From: a virus
DNA: 64,000 nt
Virus record (IMG/VR): IMGVR_UViG_3300045988_087221
Reading direction: 5' to 3' (one strand)
This document shows positions 57,691 through 64,000 of this stretch, in pieces. Every line of letters begins with the position of its first letter. The stretch's first letter is position 1. The notes beneath the pieces are model-generated. The model was not told the DNA's origin. It did not search any database and was given only the letters and a program-made list of their open reading frames with translations. Made by a program: the position numbers and the translations under genes.

Positions 57691-58535
57691 TATATTAATT
57701 TAGATAATTGTAAATTGCATCTCTTTCTTATTCTATCTAAAGCCTTTTCCTTTATCTGTCTAACTCTTTCAACACCGATACCAAACATGTCTCCTACTTC
57801 TTGTTTAGACATAGGATTCATTCCTATACCAAATAGCATAATGATAATATCATGTTCTCTAACAGGAAGTACATCTAGACATTTACATATTTCTTTATTA
57901 ATGAAACTCTTATTAACTTGTTCATCAAGAGGTAGTTCTCCATCCGGAATCACATCACACACTTGACTATTTTCTTCATCCCCGCCAATAAAATCATCAA
58001 CACTGACTAATCTGTTAGAAAATTGTGCTAAATAATCTATTTGCTTTTCAGGAATATTAGTTAAAGTGTGTAATTCATTTGTGGTTGGATTTCTACCATT
58101 CTTTTTGATAAACTCATTAGTAGCTCTTAATATTTGAATTACTTTTAAGTGTTGAGTTACCGGTAATCTAATCTCACGACCATACCAATATATGGTAGTA
58201 TAAATACATTGTTTTATCCACCAAGCAGAATAATTAAGAAATTTAACACCTCTAGTTGGGTCAAACTTATTTACAGATTTACATAAGCCTTCCAATCCTG
58301 AAGATATTAAATCCATAAGAGGAATACCTCTATTTTGAAACTGCTTAGCTATAGTTACTACAAATCTTAAATTAGAAGTAATTACTTTTTCTCTTGCCTT
58401 TTCATCTCCATTTTGAGCTTTAATGATTAATTCATTTATTTCTTCATTATCTAATATTTTATATTTAGATATATCTCGAAAATAACTCTGAAGTAGAGAG
58501 TCAGACTTGTCAGAAAAAATAACTCTTTTATTCAT
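57690..58535 (-). CDS. Sigma-70 family RNA polymerase sigma factor (281 aa)
   Basis: Region 2 is NLRFVVTIAKQFQNRGIPLMDLISSGLEGLCKSVNKFDPTRGVKFLNYSAWWIKQCI. Region 4 HTH is MSKQEVGDMFGIGVERVRQIKEKALDRIRK. Confidence 0.85.
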   Translation of the reverse strand: MNKRVIFSDKSDSLLQSYFRDISKYKILDNEEINELIIKAQNGDEKAREKVITSNLRFVVTIAKQFQNRGIPLMDLISSGLEGLCKSVNKFDPTRGVKFLNYSAWWIKQCIYTTIYWYGREIRLPVTQHLKVIQILRATNEFIKKNGRNPTTNELHTLTNIPEKQIDYLAQFSNRLVSVDDFIGGDEENSQVCDVIPDGELPLDEQVNKSFINKEICKCLDVLPVREHDIIIMLFGIGMNPMSKQEVGDMFGIGVERVRQIKEKALDRIRKRCNLQLSKLI

Positions 58536-58791
58536 TAATTGTAGACTTAGCTAGTTTCTTAGCTTCATCTAATTGCTTTTCTTCTTGGGTTGGTCTGTTA
58601 AGACCTATACGTATACTAAGAATAGTAAGATAAGCTTCCATTGCTCTGAGTTGAACTATTAACAAATCTTTATTAAGATCATCTATGGAAGTCTTATCTA
58701 CTTTATGAATTAAGAAATCTCTAAGTTCTGTAGTTTTAATTTCTAATTCCTTATAATCAGTAATAAGTTGATTGAATACTTCTTCTTTCAT
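58528..58791 (-). CDS. Hypothetical helical protein (87 aa)
   Basis: Intact ORF. It is preceded by a 66-nt AT-rich gap (58792..57), a possible promoter region. Confidence 0.6.
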   Translation of the reverse strand: MKEEVFNQLITDYKELEIKTTELRDFLIHKVDKTSIDDLNKDLLIVQLRAMEAYLTILSIRIGLNRPTQEEKQLDEAKKLAKSTINE

Positions 58792-58857
58792 TACTAGTAT
58801 TTTTAATTAAAGTAGAATCTAGAACAGTAAATATCTAATATATTATCTTCTTCTTTA

Positions 58858-59547
58858 TTAATCGATTTCCAAATATGTAGGTTCATAACTAATATGATAA
58901 TCATTATCAAGAATAGAAACATTATATATTTCTGTATTATCCAATTTTAGATATTTATCTTTACAAGTATGTAGATGCCCACAAAATACATATCTAGGTT
59001 TAATTCTCTGAATAGCTTCAGCTAAACTTTGACCTCCTGCATGGATAGATTCTTGACTCCATCGACTCGGAGGTAATAAATCCAAATCTCCTAAAGCAGG
59101 AGTATCGTGGGTCAACCATATATCTATATCATCTGGAACCTGAGTATATAAGCCTCCTAAATATAATTCACTATACATAAATGCCCAATGCCCAAATAGG
59201 TGACACTGTGGAGATCCATATACTTTATAATTTTTACCATCAGGAGCCATATAGGTAGCACAATCATTAAGTAAATAAGTAAACTTAAAATCAGAAAGAT
59301 ACTCCAAAGCTTTCATTACTGGATATTCTGAAGCACATATAAAATCATGATTACCTGCTATCATATACACCTCTTCACAAGGTAATTCCTTAATCCAGGG
59401 TAAAAAATCTTGAAAGAACCATACAATAGATTCTACTCTATTTTTCTGTATATTCAAGGGTACAACATCTCCTGCAATTAAACACAAATCACACTTTTGT
59501 ATATGGATAAGATTACCATGTAAATCAGACATTGAGCATATTTTCAT
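58858..59547 (-). CDS. Calcineurin-like metallophosphoesterase (229 aa)
   Basis: Motifs SDLHGN, AGDV, GNHD and GHLH appear in canonical order. Confidence 0.8.
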   Translation of the reverse strand: MKICSMSDLHGNLIHIQKCDLCLIAGDVVPLNIQKNRVESIVWFFQDFLPWIKELPCEEVYMIAGNHDFICASEYPVMKALEYLSDFKFTYLLNDCATYMAPDGKNYKVYGSPQCHLFGHWAFMYSELYLGGLYTQVPDDIDIWLTHDTPALGDLDLLPPSRWSQESIHAGGQSLAEAIQRIKPRYVFCGHLHTCKDKYLKLDNTEIYNVSILDNDYHISYEPTYLEID

Positions 59548-60046
59548 ATTCTATTAAATATTCAAAGAATCCATCATAAGATAAGTTATCTTTTATTGTG
59601 ATAACTTCCTTTCTATTATCTACAGATTTACACCATTGATGTCCATTAACTACTTGATATAGAGATTTATTATTATATACTATATCTAGCATAGCTTCCC
59701 AAGTAGCTATATTTCCAATATAAGAATAATCATCTCCTATAATTGCATAGTTAAACATAAATATTAATTGCCACTTCCTAAATAAAGTGATAGCAATATA
59801 AGGATTCCATTCATGCTCAATTCTCTCATACTTCCATTTCCAACCAACAGCGCTAAATCTAATATCTAATATTCTATTATAATATCTATCTGTTATAGGT
59901 AATCCAAAGAACCATATTTTCTTACCACAATGAATATAACAATTGGGTCTTTGAAACCAATTTCTACACTTCCACCAAACATAGAATGGGTTTCTGTATT
60001 CATTCCAATGCTTGATGAAAGTATGTACTTTATTAATTAAGTTCAT
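59525..60046 (-). CDS. Hypothetical Trp-rich protein (173 aa)
   Basis: Intact ORF that overlaps both neighbours. Confidence 0.65.
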   Translation of the reverse strand: MNLINKVHTFIKHWNEYRNPFYVWWKCRNWFQRPNCYIHCGKKIWFFGLPITDRYYNRILDIRFSAVGWKWKYERIEHEWNPYIAITLFRKWQLIFMFNYAIIGDDYSYIGNIATWEAMLDIVYNNKSLYQVVNGHQWCKSVDNRKEVITIKDNLSYDGFFEYLIEYENMLNV

Positions 60047-61406
60047 CTTCTTTATCCATCTCTGGGTCAGATTGAGCTTTATCTACAAATTTAAAACATT
60101 TTAATTTCCAAGCGTGACCAATCATATCCTCCTTTTTAATAACTATACCCTCATGAGGTACCTTATTAATACAAGAAGGCGATTTACATTCCATATAGAA
60201 ACGCTTATCATTAGATAGTTTATCCAAAAACTTTTTTGCCCAGTCTCTATCCTTACTATCTAATTCAGGATATAAATCCTTAGCATACCCATAATAATAT
60301 TCAGTTACAGGAATTAGCCCTACTGATTTACAATACTGTTGTACTTCTCTTGCACTAAATTCATGTACTTCACCATCTATATTAGTTAGTGTGATTCTAT
60401 AAGGTCTTACTTTAAAATGTTTTTCTGGCTTATATATCAAATTGTCTACAACAGCATCAGGCTTCTCACAACCATAATCATATCCCTTTTGAATATATGT
60501 GCCAGTTGGATTGTATCCTACAATCTCTGCATAAATAGTCATACCCTTTTGAATATATGGACGTAGATAATCATCAGCATACTTCCAAGTATCACAACCA
60601 TAAAATCCTGGTGTTACATTAGGATTATAATACTGATTTTTAATCACATTCTTTGAAGCATATAGATGGTCATAAATATCAAAGTTATTACCCGTAAGCC
60701 ATTTAGCTAATTTTTCTTTCCAAGTAAGTTCCTTATGACACATTACATATGCTGAAATATGAGACATTCCATGTATTTTCTCAGTAATACTAATTAAATC
60801 TTCAGGTTGAATTACATTAGGACATTTCTTGATAATAACTGTGTCATAATGAAATCTGAATTGAGAAGGGATGACTTTATCGAGTTCCTTCTTAACTTTA
60901 CGTGTCTTTTTTGAGCCTCCTCCAGAAGTTCCCTGTGATCCTTTAACGATGAATTTCTTATTAACCCAAAATGTCTTGCCTTCATGTTCTACTGTATCAA
61001 ATTCAGTTCCATCAATTAATTCAATATCTCTATTAGTTATAGATATAAGCCAGTTAGTAAATTCTACAGCAGGTACAATAAATCCTTCTGATAGTTCACC
61101 TTTTAACTTAACTGCTTTAACCTTACCATTATCTTCAAATAGACCAGTTTTATGTGGATTGTTGTTTTTCTCAGACTTTCTAAATAAATTATCATAAGAT
61201 AAAAAATCAGGATTAATACAACAAGCTGTTGGGAAATATATATAAAGCCCAGGTTCAGCATCTATTGAAGTAATAATATTAAATCCATCAATAGTACAAC
61301 ACTTGAGTTTAGTCACTTCTGGATTTGAATGTTTTCTAAAAACCTTAATATCAACTACTTTAGCTAGATAATTAATGTTACAATTTTTGCTCTTGATTAG
61401 CTTCAT
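60033..61406 (-). CDS. RNA ligase-family nucleotidyltransferase (457 aa)
   Basis: Motif I is TEKIHGMS (K-x-H/D-G). Motif IV is HEGIVIKK. Motif V is WKLKCFKF. The N-terminal OB-like segment is typical of PF09414-type RNA ligases. Recognised by eye only. Confidence 0.7.
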   Translation of the reverse strand: MKLIKSKNCNINYLAKVVDIKVFRKHSNPEVTKLKCCTIDGFNIITSIDAEPGLYIYFPTACCINPDFLSYDNLFRKSEKNNNPHKTGLFEDNGKVKAVKLKGELSEGFIVPAVEFTNWLISITNRDIELIDGTEFDTVEHEGKTFWVNKKFIVKGSQGTSGGGSKKTRKVKKELDKVIPSQFRFHYDTVIIKKCPNVIQPEDLISITEKIHGMSHISAYVMCHKELTWKEKLAKWLTGNNFDIYDHLYASKNVIKNQYYNPNVTPGFYGCDTWKYADDYLRPYIQKGMTIYAEIVGYNPTGTYIQKGYDYGCEKPDAVVDNLIYKPEKHFKVRPYRITLTNIDGEVHEFSAREVQQYCKSVGLIPVTEYYYGYAKDLYPELDSKDRDWAKKFLDKLSNDKRFYMECKSPSCINKVPHEGIVIKKEDMIGHAWKLKCFKFVDKAQSDPEMDKEDELN

Positions 61407-61713
61407 TATTAATTAATTCTTGAGAGAACTTAACATTATCTAATGAAATAATCTCAGATACCCAAGGACACTTATCTAAGATTGCCAATCTAATTGCCTC
61501 TTTAACCTTAGTCACCATCTGTGCTTCAGTTAAATTAGCATATTTACTTTTATCTACTTTGATACACCAAGGTAGGGCTGATTCAAACCCTCCTTGATGT
61601 ATTTTTATAGTAGCATCGAAATTAATAGCATATTCCCTTAGTTTAGAAACATACTTAACTTTTGGTTTCCTTTCGATAACTACTGGTGGAACAACTGCTT
61701 TCTTTTTAGGCAT
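61378..61713 (-). CDS. Hypothetical protein (111 aa)
   Basis: Intact ORF. Confidence 0.6.
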   Translation of the reverse strand: MPKKKAVVPPVVIERKPKVKYVSKLREYAINFDATIKIHQGGFESALPWCIKVDKSKYANLTEAQMVTKVKEAIRLAILDKCPWVSEIISLDNVKFSQELINNEANQEQKL

Positions 61714-62030
61714 TATGCAAATTCATCATCCGAAGCAACAGATTTGAAATATTCACACAGAAAGTTGGCATATACTTGTGATTGTGCTTCACTATAGCTA
61801 TTATCGAAATAGAATTGAAAACAATGGAGAAGTTCATGCCAAAATGTATTGGTTATTTGATCTTCTGTCAACTTCACCACAGTTTTATCCTCTAATTCTA
61901 TAGTCTTAGCTATAGTTATAGTATTGGTAGCATCGCACCAATTTCCATAATTATTATTATCTGTTTTTTCTACTAATTCTACTTTAATAGTATTTCCAGC
62001 ACACTTAAACTCACTTGGCAATTGCATCAA
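61713..62030 (-). CDS. Small HExxH-motif protein (105 aa), possible Zn-metallopeptidase
   Basis: TFWHELLHCFQ contains H-E-L-L-H. Confidence 0.6.
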   Translation of the reverse strand: MMQLPSEFKCAGNTIKVELVEKTDNNNYGNWCDATNTITIAKTIELEDKTVVKLTEDQITNTFWHELLHCFQFYFDNSYSEAQSQVYANFLCEYFKSVASDDEFA

Positions 62031-62409
62031 TAATTTTCATTACTTGTTCAGGAGTCATCTTATATATGTCTTCAGAATCTTTTAAATTTGCTCTGTCTTC
62101 TAAATAGTTAAGCAAATCATCCATTACATCTAAGGTGCCTATTGGCAAATGATTCTTAATAACAGAATATTCTATATCAGAAAGTTCTACTGGTTCAAAT
62201 TGTAATAAATCTAAACCATATTCTTGACCTTGGTACACCTCATATTCCCAGGCTTCATTAGAACCAAACCCCTTTGTAGTAAATGCACTACCTAATTTAA
62301 GTTTAGCATACATATAGATGCGATACATATCTTCATCTAATAGTTCATAGAAAGGCATATCAAATTCATCACACCAATCTACACTATAGTTAATTAAATA
62401 ATGTTTCAT
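62011..62409 (-). CDS. Hypothetical acidic protein (132 aa)
   Basis: Intact ORF. Confidence 0.65.
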   Translation of the reverse strand: MKHYLINYSVDWCDEFDMPFYELLDEDMYRIYMYAKLKLGSAFTTKGFGSNEAWEYEVYQGQEYGLDLLQFEPVELSDIEYSVIKNHLPIGTLDVMDDLLNYLEDRANLKDSEDIYKMTPEQVMKIIDAIAK

Positions 62410-63032
62410 GCTCCAGTTTGTGCTGTATAAAAGTTAATATTTCCAGTCCCTACTATATGGGCTTCTTCATCTACTTTATCTATATAATACTCTACTTCAC
62501 CTTCAAAATCCTCAATTATAGTAGCACACCAAGGATGCTCTTCTATCCAAGATTTCCAATCAGGATTATATGCAAGTATCTCATCAAGTAAAAACACTCC
62601 TACAAGACCAGCATCTGCACAGAATCCTCCTATATAGGTATCCCCATCAAAGGTGTCTAACTCCTCACGTTTGTCATCTTTTAAAATTCGTAGAATACTT
62701 TCTAGAAGTTCTTTTGGTTCCTCCTCTGTTTGATAGGTAGTGCAACTCCAATCTCCATAAATAGTAGATTCAGAAATATAATTATGGATACCTAATACTT
62801 CCATATTCTCTCCATAATCACATTTACCCCAATCGTCATATTTACGAGACTCACTGAAGTAATAATCTAAAGCAGCTTTATAAGCCAATTCTTCTGGAGT
62901 AGAATAATCCTTAAATGGTTTACTAATTATAGATGCTGGAAGTCCAAAATCCTTTTCATTAGGACACTTAATAGGATTCTCCTTAATTATATAACATGGA
63001 TCTGTAATTACAATAGTTCCTTTAAAATACAT
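62406..63032 (-). CDS. Hypothetical protein (208 aa)
   Basis: Intact ORF with an ATGA overlap downstream. Confidence 0.65.
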   Translation of the reverse strand: MYFKGTIVITDPCYIIKENPIKCPNEKDFGLPASIISKPFKDYSTPEELAYKAALDYYFSESRKYDDWGKCDYGENMEVLGIHNYISESTIYGDWSCTTYQTEEEPKELLESILRILKDDKREELDTFDGDTYIGGFCADAGLVGVFLLDEILAYNPDWKSWIEEHPWCATIIEDFEGEVEYYIDKVDEEAHIVGTGNINFYTAQTGA

Positions 63033-63166
63033 TAGTCTGCAAAATTTAGAGTTGCTCCTACTTGAGCATTATTTAATGTATCTAAATCATATTTATCAAA
63101 TCTACCTATAACTTTATTTTTATAAATTACCTCGTAGTGTCCTTTACCTATCAGTTTTATTTTCAT
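63032..63166 (-). CDS. Small hypothetical protein (44 aa), below the ORF-track cutoff
   Basis: Translates as MKIKLIGKGHYEVIYKNKVIGRFDKYDLDTLNNAQVGATLNFAD. It has a TAATG junction with the downstream gene. Confidence 0.4.
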   Translation of the reverse strand: MKIKLIGKGHYEVIYKNKVIGRFDKYDLDTLNNAQVGATLNFAD

Positions 63167-63189
63167 ATATGTAAAATTACTAGTAAAAT

Positions 63190-64000
63190 TTACTCTAAAT
63201 CAAAACGGAAGATTCTTAACTTAGGTTGAGTAGGAATGCCATCATCTGAATAGTTAAAGAAAGTACATTCAGCTTTGTGCCCTTTGTACTTAGTTTCAAA
63301 GTTTTCAACATATTCAGCCTTAATTTCCCTATTACCTACTGGCATAGCTTCAAAAGTACGTCCATCTTCTAATTCACAAGTAAATGTCATATCCTCAGAA
63401 CCTCTAAGTCCTAATTTATACCCAATTACTTTAAAATCTTCAGACTTATATTGTTTAATCTTTATAAGATTATTACAACGAGAACCTACTTTATAAGACT
63501 TAGAAGGGTCTGTAATTACAGCTCCTTCAAATCCTGTGGAAACCCATTCATCGTGAAGTTTTTTCATATTATCCCAACCAGATACATATTCATGTCCCAA
63601 GAGTCTAATTGGTGCTTCTGATTCATCCTCACTACTTCTATAAATAGGGAAGTTATGAGCTTCTGCAAATTTATCTTCCAAGAACTTATAACGTTCTGAG
63701 GCTATCATGTCAATATCTGTAGAGTTATAACAATCGTATACCCAATACTGCAACCAATCACAGTCATAAGCGTTCTTCTCCATTCTAGCAGCTCCCGAAA
63801 GTTGCTGAAGAGTCTTGCCTCTTACGAAGAGCTCACCATCAAGAATAACAGTAGGATTCTCTTTGAAGAAGGCTACTAGAGAAGGGTTAGTACGTAAATG
63901 AACTGTACTATAGTCGTAATGCTCGCCTCCTCGACTGGCTGTATAGATCACTTTACCATCCCAGTAGAATAATGCCTTTACACCATCAAGTTTTCTACTA
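63190..64000 (-). CDS. ATP-dependent DNA ligase (N-terminus beyond the window edge)
   Basis: The frame stays open upstream of the track's GTG to base 64000. It encodes SRKLDGVKALFYWDGK, with motif I KxDG at 63982..63993. Then come LDGELF (motif III), EGAVITD (motif IV), LIKIKQ (motif V) and a C-terminal OB-like region. Confidence 0.85.
   Translation of the reverse strand, partial: SRKLDGVKALFYWDGKVIYTASRGGEHYDYSTVHLRTNPSLVAFFKENPTVILDGELFVRGKTLQQLSGAARMEKNAYDCDWLQYWVYDCYNSTDIDMIASERYKFLEDKFAEAHNFPIYRSSEDESEAPIRLLGHEYVSGWDNMKKLHDEWVSTGFEGAVITDPSKSYKVGSRCNNLIKIKQYKSEDFKVIGYKLGLRGSEDMTFTCELEDGRTFEAMPVGNREIKAEYVENFETKYKGHKAECTFFNYSDDGIPTQPKLRIFRFDLE

Noticed and set aside
46985-63496. + strand ORFs inside the - module (46985, 50518, 50827, 52411, 55422, 56433, 57715, 60871, 63275), plus the off-frame - ORF 51192..51401.
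   Set aside because: Each lies entirely within a longer, motif-supported gene (PolA, sigma, ThyX, RNA ligase, DNA ligase and others). Their products are low-complexity and Ile/Phe/Ser-rich, as expected of antisense AT-rich sequence.

Overview
This window is an AT-rich tailed-phage genome fragment with crAss-like (Crassvirales-like) architecture. Two convergent gene modules meet at a hairpin-rich gap at 45445..45539.

Module A (1..45250, + strand) looks like ORF rubble in the standard code. However, every fragment in the supplied ORF track falls into long same-frame runs that are broken only by TAG. Reading TAG as a sense codon (best fit Gln, code-15-like) gives 12 tightly coupled genes that end in TAA or TGA. 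They include giants of 2185, 1456, 3073, 3432 and 1507 aa. Recognisable content:
- an SLT lytic transglycosylase and a DUF192 protein;
- a 3432-aa protein with beta-like and beta-prime-like double-psi beta-barrel RNA polymerase motifs (crAss-type virion RNAP);
- a 3073-aa protein with an embedded SF1 helicase core;
- an HExxH protein;
- a small GC-rich gene with its own regulatory region and terminator.

Module B (45540..64000, - strand) holds about 40 standard-code early/replication genes:
- family A DNA polymerase, a sigma-70 family factor, ThyX, Nudix and a PRTase-like protein;
- two metallophosphoesterases;
- a split polynucleotide kinase, an HAD 3'-phosphatase and an RNA ligase (a candidate RNA-repair set);
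- an ATP-dependent DNA ligase that runs off the window edge.

Module B contains only two in-frame TAGs, and both are best explained by read-through. No module B gene uses TAG as its terminal stop.

I found no tRNA, rRNA, CRISPR array or transposable element. The suppressor tRNA that the recoding implies must lie outside this window. All family assignments come from motifs read by eye, not from searches.
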